This document shows, in pieces, positions 36,873 through 50,689 of a stretch of DNA of 64,000 nt. The notes below the pieces were generated by a model that was not told the origin of the DNA, searched no databases, and worked only from the letters and a program-made list of their open reading frames with translations. Position numbers and translations under genes: made by a program. This stretch comes from Camelus dromedarius (taxonomy: Eukaryota), in contig NC_087437.1 in NCBI RefSeq assembly GCF_036321535.1, forward strand, positions 26,724,001-26,788,000, written 5' to 3'. Positions within the stretch are counted from its first letter, which is position 1; every line of letters starts with the position of its first letter.

Positions 36873-38529
36873 ATACCTGGAAGGCAGTTACTACTCTCAA
36901 GATTTTATGATCCAGTAGTCAGATTTTTAAGTACCTTCACTCTCTGCTTTGTAGCATATGAAATCTGAAGTTCTTTCCCCAGCTAAGTGACATCCCTGAC
37001 ATCCGATCACTTAATTCTTTAACTTCCAGTGATAATAAATAAGCTTTTTCATTCTCCCCACATGGCTTTTCATCTTTCATTTCCTGTTACTCTTGCAACT
37101 TAGTGTGTAATTTATATGTCTTTTTCCATTTGTTCCTAGACCCCAAATAAGATGGGAATGCCTCTTTAATGTCTATGGCAATTAAAAAAAACGATTAGCA
37201 GATGGTGTTTCTGTGCTTCTAATCTAAACCCACAATTAATGCAAAAGATGCAGCTTGATTATACACGATGAAGAGTATATTTCACGGGTATATTTTAAAA
37301 TTCCATATCAGGTAACTCTCTTCAACTTTTTTAATTTATGGAACACTTCCAATTGTAAAGCAAGTCATAGACCCTAATCTTTTCTATCAAGCAAAGTCCT
37401 TAAACATGGAATTAGACACAAAAGCATTACAGTTAAGTTTTTCTGCCCAATGTAAAATTTACCCTATATTAAAATAGCAGCGTTTATAAATGTTCTGGTT
37501 TCCTTTCTCAGATCATGTTATATGTGCCCCTCCTTATACCTAGTTGAGAGTTTTTTCAAGGAAAAGGACATGTTCCTTCTCTTAAGCCTTAATCGTCTAG
37601 TGTCTAGCCCATTGTACTTAGTATTCCAGTCTTTAAGCAGGAAGAATTCAAATAATGCTTATTGCAAGTAATTACTACTAAAAATAGCATAAAGTTGCTA
37701 TTGATTTCTTTGTGCTACGTTGATCGTCCAAATATTACCTAAGCAACTGCCACCCACTGTTCAATAAAAAAATACTTCTTCTAGATATTTCTAAGAACAC
37801 ACCTAAGTCTATTATATGAGACATAACATGGTCTGGGGCTACAAAATGAGTAGGCTCATAACCAGCAATAGAGCTGCATAAATCTGGGCTGTACATGCTA
37901 TCATCGAGACAGAGACACAGTGCCAGGGGAATATAGTGGAAAGAAAGGCTACGTCTTGTGGGGCTCATCTCCACCAGCCACTGAACATTCATCCATCAGG
38001 CATACGTCTTGCTTATGCTTCTGACTTTGTATAAGGAGCACTTAACCCTCCTCTCTCACTAGTCGGTTGTTAAAGCACCTATATCTGCTCTTATCAGCAG
38101 TGCAGGCTTTTATGTTCCAGGTAGGTTTGCGCTGGAGATTACAGCTTGTAGTTCCCTGTGGTCTCATTCTTATTCAAAGTCCAGTTGTGGGAAATACTAT
38201 TTACAAAGGAGTGGTTCAAGGGCATTGATGTCCATACATTACCCTGGATAGGCTAACTGTTACCCTAGGATTAAATGAGATCATAACAGGGCTGTGAACT
38301 TGAGTTTTGATTCCTTGTAGACCACCCTTTTCCAAATGTGTGCCTTAGCCTAAGCCGTCAGCCTATGGGGACAGTCCCATGGAACACGATGGTGCTTGCT
38401 GCTGTGTTTACAGCAGGCATTGATGTTTTGGGTACAGTCTAAGGAATCACACAGTGACTCCTTTTGAGGATACCCAGAAGTGAAGTTCCTCAAGATCAGG
38501 AAAAACAGTTCATATTGTGTAGAGAAGAC

Positions 38530-39012
38530 ACTAACCCAAAGCCATTCCCAAGGCTCTCGCCTGCCCTGCTGTCCCTGTAAAGGCCAAGGCAGATGCTCGC
38601 TTTCCCAGCCTTGTAGTGAGGAGGGATTCATATGATCCAGTTGTGGCTATCAAACATAGAAAGAAGTCTACAAAGAAGCCTCTTGGATGGCAGTTACTTT
38701 CCTGCTGAAAAATACATGTGGGAGGAGAGCTCTTAGACTATCCTTTACCTCTTCTCCCTACCTTGGTCATGGATGTGATGTCTGGGGTTGCAGCAGCTCA
38801 CTTGAGGCAATGAAGCAATAAGAATGGTAAAAAAATCAACACCCTAAACATAGTAGAGAAGACAGATAGAAAAGGCCCGAGTCTCTGTTAACATGACCGA
38901 ACAACTGCCCACCTCTGGATTTCTTATTAAGTGAGAGAAAATCCACAGATTCATGTAAAGCATTATTAGTTGTGCATTCTGTTACTTGAAGCCTAATATA
39001 CCCTAACCAATA
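38530..39012 (+). mobile_element. MLT1K-like MaLR LTR
   Basis: atggatgtgatgtctggggttgcagcagc...ctgcccacctctggatttctt...ttctgttacttgaagcc...cctaaccaata. Confidence 0.7.
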
Positions 39013-39484
39013 TCCAACAACCATATTAGTTTTTGTTTTATAGATTGTTATAAGTCTTGTAGTTAAGCCTGTCTCTGTCTTAGGTTTGTCACAAAATTGT
39101 CATTTTTGTGTACCACAAAACTGTATACTCTGCTAATTTTTGTCTCTGGATTTTGGATATTTTTTTTAAACTAGGTTTTTATTTCACCCTGATTCCTCCA
39201 AGTACTTATTTTATTATTTGTATTATATGCACTTTACAAGTCAAAATTTTTTCTAGAATTCAGCAAGGTATAAGAAATATATAAACAAACCAAAAGTTTC
39301 AATTCTGCTAGAAGACTAAGCAAGTCATTGTTTGAATAAAGATTTCACAGAGGGACAAAATCTGTGCCTCACTCTTTAGTTAAATTCAGTAATTACAATC
39401 ATTCCTAAGGTTATAACTGAAGTGAATCAGTAAGTAAATAGTGGCCTATTAAAAATTATATTTCTATTAAATTCAGAACTCTAA

Positions 39485-39758
39485 GATCTTAAACCAGAGG
39501 GAACACAGACCTCAGGAGATCTATAAACCTCCTGACATAAGCACAGTTTTGTTTGTACACAAAAATGTGTATTTTTGTGGGTAAAAGCTTGAGGCTTTCA
39601 TTAAATATGCAAAGTGTGTTATTCCAAAAAACATTAAGAGGGTGAGTATAGCTCAGTGGTAGAGCACATGCTTAGCATGCATGAGGTTCTGGGTTCAATC
39701 CCCAGTACTTCCACTAAATTTGAAAAAAAAAAAAAAGGAAAAAGGTTAAGAACTTCTG
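39485..39758 (-). mobile_element. MER103C-like hAT-Charlie element, interrupted by a SINE
   Basis: tgtgtatttttgtggg...gctttcattaaat...aaaaaggttaagaacttctg terminal. Confidence 0.6.
39640..39738 (+). mobile_element. tRNA-Ala(AGC)-derived camelid SINE (Vic-1 type)
   Basis: gtatagctcagtggtagagcacatgcttagcatgcatgaggttctgggttcaatccccagtacttcca plus poly-A; TSD aaaaacattaaga / aaaaaggttaaga (11/13). Confidence 0.92.
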
Positions 39759-41974
39759 GGCTAAGTTACATTTACCCTTTTTTAGTCTCCCTCCCCCTGA
39801 ATCACCATTGTAGTTCATTTGGGTTTTTGCATTTCTGTCAAGACCCATCACATTGTTGATGCCTGCTTCATCCTGGGGGTACACACTCCATAAATGTTAG
39901 TTGACTTTCATTGATATTTAATTATTTACACTGCATTTGGTGTCAGGGATGGCAGTCTCTTGTTGATCATTCTGGAAGCTCTGAATCCATCGGCTGCATC
40001 CCAGTGGGCTTGGTGGGTTGTAGACACACAAATCAGAGTAGCGTGAGGGAGGAGAAAAATCATTCCCTTCTAGGATAATGCATTTTTCATGAGAAACAGG
40101 TCATTACAGAACCAGTGCCTGGTGCTGGCTCTCATTCTACTCCTTCATCCTTCCTCTCTTGTCAAATTATTTTGCCTCCTTCGTCTTCTCTCCGTGTTTC
40201 CCCTCTGCTTTATTACTCTGTATTTGATTATTTTACCATCTCCTTCTTTTTAATATATTTAAATGATTTCTACATGATATGTACCTTTGAACTATTTTCT
40301 TGCCTGACTTTTGTTCCTTTTCCATCACGCAGCATCTGTCTCTTCGTTTGCTGTTGTGCATGATACCCCCATTCTAGCTGATACACTGGGCAGATTTTCC
40401 CCAACTTATCATTTCAGTTCCCAATGCATACAAAAACAATGCTCATAACCTGTTTTTCCAAAATACTTTGATTTTCCCGAAAGATTTAACTTTACTGCCC
40501 ATTGTAATATTTTTCTATTCTCATTTACGTCTGTGAATATAGACTCAATAATTGTGCCAATTTTCTATTTTGTCATACAAATTCTGTGGCATTTTCATCC
40601 CAAATGATGGACTTGACGTGATCAATCCATCACATTTCCTAGAGCAACTTTCTCTTCTCTGTTAAAATTGGGAGTGGGTTGAAGTGAGCCAGAGATTTTT
40701 TAAGAAGATTTCTGTCATGAAAGGAGTGACTACTGTGAGGGGAAAAATATCTCAGTGAAAACTTCTTTCATGCTTCTGTTGACAGTTCTTTTTCTTTTTT
40801 TTTTTAAGCAACTGAGTAAGTTGTAATTTTTACCAAAATTTAATTATATGCAGAGAGTAAACATCTGGAAATCATTCTGCATAATCAGTGTGAACTTATA
40901 TGGTAAATCCGAGACTTATGTGCCAGAGTTTAGAGATTACAATCTTAATGATCTGTACATTATTCATAAAAGCCTTTGTTTTAAATCTGTCTTCAAGGAA
41001 TAATTAGAATTCAAGGCATTTATGAAACAGGAAACTCGCCACTTTACTTCTTACTTTATGTATCTCTCCCTCAGGACAGTGGGGTTGTTGGAAGAAGGAG
41101 TTAAGTACTGGTTTGTTTTTGGTGTGTATGCTTTTTTCTTGAACTCATTTATTTGTGAAATTTAAGAAGCAGTAAGGATTCTAAGTCAGGCAAGTAAACT
41201 GGAAAACAATGAAACTTGAAAACTACCCAGGCGTGAAATCCCCTTGAACTAAGGAATGCTTCCAACATTAAGTCCTCCATAAGCATGAACTATACATGAT
41301 AACATTCCAAAATTAGTTTTTTGAAGGACGGTTCATAATAGGAAACCTGATCATCTAAAATTAACCCAAACTATCTTCTTACTAACCTAAAATAATAGCC
41401 TACATCCCTCCCCAATATGACCTAAAAATAATAGATTGCATCTCACCCCCAAGGTAACTTGGCTTGAGCCCAAGAATTAATACATACATGACACTCAGAA
41501 TTGCATCCAGAAAAAGACGTGGCGTTCTCTTTCTTGCGAGCTGTCGCAGCGCGGTAAGCCTCCACGGCTCTGTAATCCTGAGTACTGTGCATCGTCTGCA
41601 CTGCGTTCCAGTGTGAAATGCAGAGAAGCAACACTCTTTGCCGGGAATCAGACTCTCAAGAGGCTGCAGTTTCAGAAGGTGTGTCTCCACACCTTCTGAG
41701 TCCTCATTCTAAAAGGGATTGTGTGTCTTCATTCTGAGAGCCGATAACCCAAGGAATTTAAAAGGCTGAGACAGTAAAGAAAAGCTAACACAAGGAAAAT
41801 GCTTGCTTTTATTTTTTCATTTTGCACAAGAGAGTCATATGGATATAGGCCAGAAGATGCTAGAAGAATTGTAAGAATTCAAATGGTAAAAAGTGGGGAG
41901 AAGCAAGGAAGAGGTGAAGGTGTAGAAAATAATGGGAAAGAGAAAAAAGGTGACAAAGGGGGAGAAGCAGATAG

Positions 41975-42249
41975 CAAGGCTGCATTCTGACTTTTGGGGG
42001 CCTTGGAAACTTTTGCCTCTGCAGGCTTCTTTCTCCGTTAAAAAGAAAATTTTGTTTTAATTAGATTTTACTAGAGCATTGGAATAAAGATGAATATATT
42101 TATATTGTGTCTTAAAATATTTTCTTTAACCTTTTAAAGTTCATTTTTCTCCTCTGACTTTAAAAGAAATAAAAACTTTCTGTGTGTTCCTGAAATTATT
42201 ATGGGCCCAAGGTGCCTTTCCCCTGTGCTTCATGGAAAAGTGTGCCCTA
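41975..42249 (-). mobile_element. ORSL-like hAT-Tip100 DNA transposon
   Basis: caaggctgcattctgacttt...acttttgcct...aaagttcatttttctcctctgactttaaaagaaat...atgggccc...atggaaaagtgtgccct. Confidence 0.7.
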
Positions 42250-42484
42250 CAGAGAGGGTGAGGGAGAGGGAGTTAGGAAGCACTCTGCTCAGAAGTGAGG
42301 GGAAGAGTTTAACTTAGCAATATAATAATTAAACAAATACATATGTTTGTGCATCACCATAGTCTAGATCTAAATTATGTGTTAAATTATTCCTAATCAC
42401 GCCAGCCAGCCTTTACTGAACAGTTACCATGTGCTAAGCATGTCAGATGCTTTATCTCACTCATTTCACACAACAACCTGAAAA

Positions 42485-42622
42485 GTTAAGCAGATGAAGA
42501 TGTATCTTGAAGCTTTAGGGCCTCCCATCTACTCTGCTTCCTTTCAACTCTGTACCCAGTTTTTAAGAGGGCAGCTCAAAACTGTATATGCTTCAAGCTC
42601 TACAAAGCCTGAACCTGTTCAT
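42485..42622 (+). mobile_element. MER53-like hAT element inside an antisense MIR
   Basis: gaagctttagggcctc...ctgtacc...taagagggc...aactgtatatgcttcaagctctacaaagcctg. Confidence 0.55.
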
Positions 42623-42919
42623 ATAGGTGTGTAGAGTGACTGCATTCCCCCAATTCACCATTCAGCTCATTGAAACACAGAAAGGCTAAGTGATTTGTAG
42701 ACTGTTCTGAGCCACAGGGCTACTTTCTGGCGGACAGACTTGGGACATTGAGTTTGACTAAAAAAAATCTTGAGTCACAGGTTAGAATCAGAATTGGATG
42801 CAACCGTAATTGTAAAGTGCCCAGAACGCCATTCTCAGCCAGCTTCTCCCAGGTAATCTCTTCTAACATCCCCAGCTTTAGCTGTCAGTCAGTGGCTGGT
42901 GACCACCAAGTGTTTCAGT

Positions 42920-43416
42920 TAGGGTGCTTGTAACTGCCATTAGCAAGATTCTCATAAAAGATATGAAAGTGCTCACATGAGGGGCCATCCAGAAGTAGAA
43001 TAAGCTTCCAAGGTGGCTGATACACAGATTCAACAATGTTGTCCAGGAAATGAGTTCTCTCTCTCTACTCTGCATTCGTCAGTGTTGGCCTCATCCTGCG
43101 GCTTGGTACCTTTGTGGCTGCAGGAAAGCTGTCAGGAGCACCAGGGCTGTAGGGTTCCTCATCCACATCCACTGGGAGAGAAAGCCTGGTTTCCTGTGCC
43201 TTTCCCAGAAGCCTCCTGCAAACATCTCCTTGGTTCTCACTGATGGGAATTAGATCATATGCCTATTGCTGAGCCAATTTCTGGCAAGTAGGATCATTTT
43301 GGGATCAACACTTTTAGATCAACCAGCTCTACCTTTGAGATGAGGTCAATTTCCTAAATCATTTTAAGAAAGGAGTGGAATGGGGGCTGGGGAGTTAACA
43401 ACAATGTCTGCAATAT
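42920..43416 (-). mobile_element. MLT1K/L-like MaLR LTR
   Basis: tctctactctgc...tgttggcctcatcct...ctttcccagaagcctcctgcaaacatctcct...tctcactg...gatcatatgcc...tgagccaat. Confidence 0.65.
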
Positions 43417-43429
43417 CAGCTCCAGACCT

Positions 43430-43995
43430 AGTCTGATAAACGCCCAGTGAGCCTCTCCCTGTCTTACTGCCCACAGTCACATTTGGTGCAACATGTCCAA
43501 AATTGAGCCATGGTCTGCCTCTAGAAATTGCTCTTCTTCCCATGTGCCTTATTTGGAAAAATACAAAACCAGAACTCAGAAAATAATTTTCAACTTATTT
43601 TACTTCTTCACCACCACCACCATTATTCAGTCAATTATCAAAGCTACCCCCCTCGCCCAGTATCCTTGGCATCACCCTATTTCATCCTCTCATTGCTCCT
43701 TACTTGAACGATTGTAACACCCTCCTATATCACCTTCTTAGAGCCACATCCCCACTGCTACCAGAAGTATGTTTCCAGATGGAGTAGTAAGGGAAGGAAC
43801 GATCATGTCACTACTTTAAATAACTTCCTTTAGCAGCTCTCCATTGGCTTCTGGATAGGATTCACTTATTTATTTACTCAGCATGTAGTTACTTGGGATC
43901 TCCAACTGTCAGAATCTGGGCTCAGATTTTATGTATCAAAGGATGAATAAAATAGATGTGGTCCCTGCCTTCATTGGAGTTCATGGTCTAGGGGA
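43430..43995. mobile_element. Two L2 fragments tail-to-tail (+ ~43430-43860, - ~43860-43995)
   Basis: caacatgtccaaaattgagc, gatcatgtcact on +; atgaataaaatagatgtggtccctgccttcattggagttcatggtctag on -. Confidence 0.65.
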
Positions 43996-46900
43996 CTCTG
44001 GAGGGTGTGGATAGGAGGCGCCTGGAGGGAGGTCCTGATCCACAGAGCAGAGCTGTTGGCCAGTTTTTATAGGAAATCAGAACTTTGAACTTGGGTAGGA
44101 GAAAGCTTTGAAAAGAACTAATAGTGAACAGTGCCCCCCATGTCCCCAGAATTTTTTGAACCTTATTAAATTGCTTATTGTACTATCTGCATAACTGTTT
44201 GATTATGTCCCCCATCTTTCCCTTTTGACTATTGTCTTGTTCAACTTTATATCCCCAGAGTGTAAACTTTCTGTGCACCTTATTTTTCCATTTCATCTCT
44301 TTGTTTATTTATACTTTGCCTGGGCTCCCCCCACCATAGAAATATTTTGGGCTGCCTGATCCACAGTAGGAATGCAAAAACTACTCAACAATTTACCAGG
44401 AAAAATTCTGACACCCAGAAAGTTTAAGCCTGTTGATCAAGGTCAACCACCTAAATTTCCTCTGAAAACTTTCTTCTGAAAATTGGACAAGTTATCACAA
44501 AAGTTGAGTTCCGATCACAGGAAGTGTCTAAAGACAGGCTGGATGTTGTGGGTCATTGGTTATCTGTAGGTTCTTGTGGCCTTTTCTAAGCTGTGAATCT
44601 ACAAAGCACAGTACAAGTTAGGGGTCATTTTTATTTAATTGGTGTCTATAACTTTTCACAGGACATTCTACCTCTAAATTATAATAAAAGTAATCGTGAA
44701 AATGTGTTGGGTTTCTTTTTTTTTTTTTTTTTTTGGACTGTGCAACCAAATTTTTTGGAATACATTTTATATGAAGCAAGGTAAAATCATTCTTTAAAAA
44801 AAAAAACCCAACTTTGAAGACATTTTGACAGAATTTACCTCTCCTGAAAACCTTTTGGTCTAATTTATAACATCTAGCTGAATAAATTGCATACATTCTA
44901 CTTTATCTGTTACTTAAAGAGTTATTTGTAAATTCTACAATGAGCATTTTCTTACCTCTCTAGAAATGCCAGAAGTAATTCTAAGCTCATAAGATATGTT
45001 AATATTTTTCTAAAATCACCTAGTCAAGTCCCTCCTTTATAGGCATTTTCTGCTTTGTGGAAATGAGCTACAAAGACCTGGCAATTCAACTCTCAATTAT
45101 AAACAAAGCCTACTTGTTTTAAAACTTTGTCAGGACAGAATTGTATCCACAAATCTCTTTTCAAATTGTGCCTAGTAATTTGCTTTGTGTTTGTGGAAAG
45201 ACACAGCTTGTTAACAGTAGGGCTCAAATACTAAACTTAGAAAGACAGTCCAAGAGGAAGAATCCAAGGTAAACAGAAACTTCCAAAAGCTGTAAATAAC
45301 AAAAGACACACAGATGATGTGTGTTTCATTGAGTTGCCACATCACAGGCTGGTAGTAAATGAGTGCAACATGGCTCAAGGTTTATGTGTACAGCTTCTCC
45401 TATTACCTAATGCAGGGTGGGCACACTTATCACACTCCAGTCCTTGCCTTCAGCTAAGAAAAGTAAACAGTGTCATGACATCATTCACAGCCAATCAAAG
45501 CAGAGCCACAACTACAAAGGAAGTGTTGGGAGAATCCTTTTACAACTGAGAATCAGGGTAAGCAGGCAATATGTTTGATAAGCTGTCCGAACAAATCCCT
45601 GGGGTTTCTGAGCTGTATTTATAAAATAGCATTTGTTGGTGGCTCAAAAACTGTCAAGAGAGGCCAGCAATATATCACATTCCGCAAGAGGAGTGATTGT
45701 GGTGATGGACCCAAGGTGACCAGGAACAACCTTTGTTCACCTGTTCCATCACATGGCTCTATAATAAATATTAGTCATCCAGTGTACACATAGGATGTGG
45801 TGAGGCTCCCTCAGAGGGTAAAACCCTCTTCCAGAGGTCAGAGTACACTCTCTGTTCCAGGCAGATCTCTAATCAGATTTACCATCTTTACCTTGGAAGA
45901 CCACAGCTTTCCCATTAAATAGAAGCTGTCACAGAGCAGTAGCATTGCAGCCTGTATATTATAGTCGCTTTCAAGTTCTCTTTTTTCCTTCTGAGTCCCA
46001 AACAGTTCATGGTTCCCTGGTTTTGATTAAACCAGATTGCATTTTAAAGTTTTGCTTCTCTCCCGTATCTAGCCTCCCCTAAGTTAATGTAAAATGTTCC
46101 GAATGATGTCACCTTGCGGCTTCACTGACTAGAGATACTGCCAAATCAGAAGGCGCAGCTGTTATACTTGGAGGCCCAGGCCCATTTTGTCAGACTCTGT
46201 CTCTTCCATTCTCCACAAGAACACAGTTCTCTCAATGCAGGGTTGGAGATCCTTTACCAAACTTGAGCAGCAGTTTAAAAAAAAAAAAAAGCATGCTATG
46301 TTATCATCAACAACACAAAATATTGTATTATTTCTTTGACTGATTTTTACTTAAAAATATAAATATGCTGTGGTTTTGACTTTTTCCCTGTAATAGAATA
46401 GACCATTTTCTTAAAAATTCTCAATATATAGGACTCTATCTCTTCCTATTCAAGAAAGTAATGAGGAGAGAGTTAGAACTGATAGAAAGAATGGGCACTT
46501 GCTATATACTTGGGATTGATGGAGGGAAAAAAAAGTAGCACATTATATACACAGAGCAAAGCCTCTGAGCAGCTTTACTTACTAGCAATACACCCATTTT
46601 ATAGATACTGCCTCATAAAGGACTATGTCTGAGCCAACTAAGATCCCTTCATTAAGAATGTTGCCTTTCTAAGAAGGACTGTACAGATTTCAGAAAGGCC
46701 AGGACCCTATCTGAGTAGCCTGCTGACTGAAACAAAACTTTCTCTTAGTCTTCATTCCATCCTTCACGCCAACCAAACACTTCACACTTACTCCAATCCT
46801 CCTAGTTGGAGCAAAATATTAATGATTAGAAACCAATGAGTATCTAGATTCTCTTGGTATGTTTTAAATTCCTCCACCTTGAATAAACAGCTCTCTCAGT

Positions 46901-48743
46901 GACACTGGCATTTAGTAAAATCTACAGCTGGTTCCACACAGAAGGAGCTTGAAAGTCACCACCCTGTCCTAACAACAAGTAAAAAGCTGAACAGACTGAA
47001 AATACAACTTTTCTTGGATCCGTAAGAGAAGAGAGGACACAGAGCAGACCACTGCCCCCAGGACTGAAGAGACAAGAAAACACAGGGAGTCGCTGCTTAC
47101 CAGAGCAGAGACTTGGGAGTGGAAACCACCTGTGGGAACCAATGTCTAAGTAGGAAAACCTGATCTGTAATTGATGAATCGCCAGCGGCTCAGTGAGGAA
47201 AAGTCTGAGAGTTAAAAATTCCAGGCATGCCCAGACGGGGACTCCCACAATATTGTGAGATTTACCTCCAGAAGCTTGTCTAGGTTCCCACGGTAAATAC
47301 TGGAGAAAAATCCCCTTGTGCTTCCTGAAGGAGAAAGGGAAAAGAACCCATTGTGAAATATGCCAGAGCATTCTGTTCTTAACAAGGCCTGCCCGCAGGG
47401 GGATTATTTAACCAGACTCTACCTGCTAGGGTACTATCAGAGCCTAACTGACATGGGGAAGAGAAATACCAGACTCCAGTCTACTCTAACCATCCTCTCC
47501 CACCTAAGAGGGGAGAAAAACACCAGAGAAACACTTATGAAGTTCATAGTCCAGAAGCATAGGCTCAACAAAAGACTTGAGACCCAATCATAGGATGAGA
47601 GAACACTTCCTCTTTCCCCACACCTCACTGCCATGTTACTAAAGGCCTATTTACAGCAGTTCCTTTTATCCAGTATGTCATGTCCAGCTGTCAATAAAAA
47701 CATACAAAGCATAAAAAGTTAGAACGAGCATCAGAACCAGAAGGGGCAAGAATGTTGGAATTATCAGACGAGGAATTTAAAACAACTACGATTAATATGC
47801 TAAGGGAGCTAACGGATATATTAGAACAGGTGGGCAATATAAGCCAAGAGATGTGAATCCTAAAAAAAGAACCAAAAGGAAATGTTGGAGATCAAGAATA
47901 TTGCAACAGAAATAAAGAATGCCTTTGATGGGCTTATTAGTAGACTGAACAAGGCTGAGGAAAAAATCTCTGAACTTGAGGATATCTCAATAGAAATCTC
48001 CAAAACTAAAAAGCAAAGAGAACAAAGACTGAAAGAAACAGAACACAGTGGCCAAGGTCTGTGAGACAACAGTACATAAAAAAGGATATAACACATGCAT
48101 AATGGGAATACCAGAAGGAGAGAGAAAGGAACAAGTGAAATATTTGAAATAATAATTTCAAATTACTTAAATTTGTGAATGGTATTCAAAATTGAGAATT
48201 CAATAACTGAGAATTTCACCAAATTAATGTCAACACAAACCACAGATCCAAGAAGCTCAGAGAACACGGAGCAGGATTAATCCAAAAACAAAACAAAACA
48301 AAACAATGTGTAGGCATATCATCTTCAAAGTACAGAAAATCAAACATAAAGAAAAAAATTTTTGAAAGAAGCCAGAGGGAAAAACTTTTCCTGGAGAGAA
48401 GCAAAGATAAGAATTACATGCAACCTCTTCAGAAACTGTGCAAGCAAAAGAGTAGATACCAACCTAGAATTCTGTACCCTATGAAATTATCCTTTAAAAG
48501 TGAAGGAGAAATAAGGACTTTCTCAGGCAAAAATTAAGAAAATGTATTGCTGGTAGACCTGCCTTATAAGAAATGTTGAAAGAATTTTTTAGAGAGAAGA
48601 AAAATAGTATAGGTCAGAAACTCAGTTCTACATAAAGAAAGGAAGAGCATCAAAGAAGGAATAAGTGAAGGTAAAATAAAATCTTTTTCTTATTTTTAAT
48701 TGAGCTAACATTTAACAGTTTGCTCAAAATAACAACAGCAATG

Positions 48744-49442
48744 ATGGAATTTCTGGGTCATATGGTAGTTCTATTTTCCTTTTTTGAGGAACAGTCATAC
48801 TGTTTTTCCAGAATGGCTACATCAATTTATATTCCCACCAACAGTATACAAGGGTTCCCTTTCTCCACATCCTCACCAACATTTGTTATTTGTGTTCTTT
48901 TTGATGATAGCCATTCTGAAGGATGTGAGGTGATATCTCATTGTGGTTTTGACTTGCATTTCCCTGATGATTAGTGATGTTGAACAACTTTTCATGTGCC
49001 TGTTGGCTATCTGCATTTCCTCTTTGGAAAAATATCTATTCAGTTCTTCTGTCCACTTTTTAATAGAGTTGTCTGTTTTTTTATCTTGAGTTGTATGAGC
49101 TATTTATATATGTTGGATATAAATCCCTTATCAGTCATATCATTTGCAAATATTTTCTCCCAGTCCATAGGTTGTCTTTTCATTCTGTCAATGGTTTCCT
49201 TTGCTGTGCAAAAGCTTCTGAGTTTAATTAGGTCCTATTTGTTTATTTTTGCTTTTATTTCCTTTACTTTACCATATAACCCAGCAATTCCACTTCTAGA
49301 TATATATCCAAAAAAAAACCCAAAACACTAATTCGAAAAGATACATGCACCGCAATAGTCATAGCAGCATTATTTACAATTGCCAAGATATAGAAGCAAC
49401 CTAAATGTTCCTCAACAGATGAATGGATAAAGAAGTTGTGGC

Positions 49443-49489
<47 letters not shown>

Positions 49490-49870
49490 TTAAAAAAAAA
49501 AGTTTTGCCATTTGCAGAAACATGGAACTTGAAGGGCATTATGTTAAGTGAAATAAGTCAGACAGAGAAAGACAAATACCATATGATATCACTTGTATGT
49601 GAAACCTAAAAAATACAATAAACTAGTGAATATAACAACAAAAAAGAAGCAGAGTCACAGATATAGAGAACAAACTAGTGGTTACCAGTTGGAGGGGGAG
49701 GGGAAATATAGAGGTGGAGAGCGGGAGGTACAAACTACTGGGTGTAAAATTGGCTCAAGAATTTATTGTACAACATTGGGAATATAGCCAATATTTTGTA
49801 GTAACTGTAAATGTTAAGTAACCTTTAAAAATAGTATAAAAAAGAAAAAAATTTAATTAAAAAAGAAAAA
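48744..49870 (+). mobile_element. Younger L1 insertion with 5' inversion (antisense ORF2 ~48745-49269; sense ORF2 end, 3' UTR and tail 49270-49870)
   Basis: Antisense cattcccaccaacag-type ORF2 abuts sense accatataacccagcaattcca; degenerate TSD aataacaacagcaa / aaaaatagtagcaa. Confidence 0.92.
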
Positions 49871-50689
49871 ATAGTAGCAACATGTATTTGATTATGTATG
49901 CATATGTATATCTCAGGTATATATATGTATATATATATACACACTTATGTATGCTTATACATAAATGAAATGAATGACAGCAATGATACAAGGGATGGGG
50001 GGAGGAAATAGTATTATTTTGTTATTATAAAGTACTCACCCTACCCATGAAGTGGTAAAGTGTTTCCTGAAAGTAGACTTGGATTAGTTGTAAATGCATA
50101 TTGCAACTCTAGGGCAATCAGGGAAAGAAAGGGGAAGAATAAGAAGAAAAAGGGAAATAAGAAGTATAACTGATATGCTAAGAAAGGAAAGAAAATGAAA
50201 CCATATAAAATGCTCAATAAAACCATAAAAGGCAGAAAAAAGTGGAAGGCAAAAATAAGAACAAAGAACAAGGACAACAAATAGAAAACATAGTAACTAA
50301 TGTAGATATTAATCCAACTTTATCAAAAATAATTTTGAATGTTAATGGTCTAAATGCACCAATTAAGAGACAGAGATTGTCAGAGTGAATCCAAAAACAA
50401 GACCCAACTATATGTTATCTACAAGAAACCCACTTTAAATGTAAAGATACATACAGATTAAAAGTAAAGGGAAAGTTACAAATATATCATGCTAACAATA
50501 ATCAATAGAAAGCAATAATAGCTATAGTAACTCCAGACAGAGCAAGCATCAAAGCAAGGAAAGTTATCAGGAATAAAGAGGGGCATTGCATAATGATAGG
50601 GGCCAAGTCTCCAAAAAGACATAACAATCCTTGATGAATATTCACATAACAGAGCGTCAAACTTCATGAGGCAAAAACTGATAGAACTA

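Noticed and set aside
47882..48064. Coiled-coil ORF as a domesticated L1 ORF1 gene
   Set aside because: Only 60 codons; flanking ORF1 sequence is broken by stops and frameshifts.
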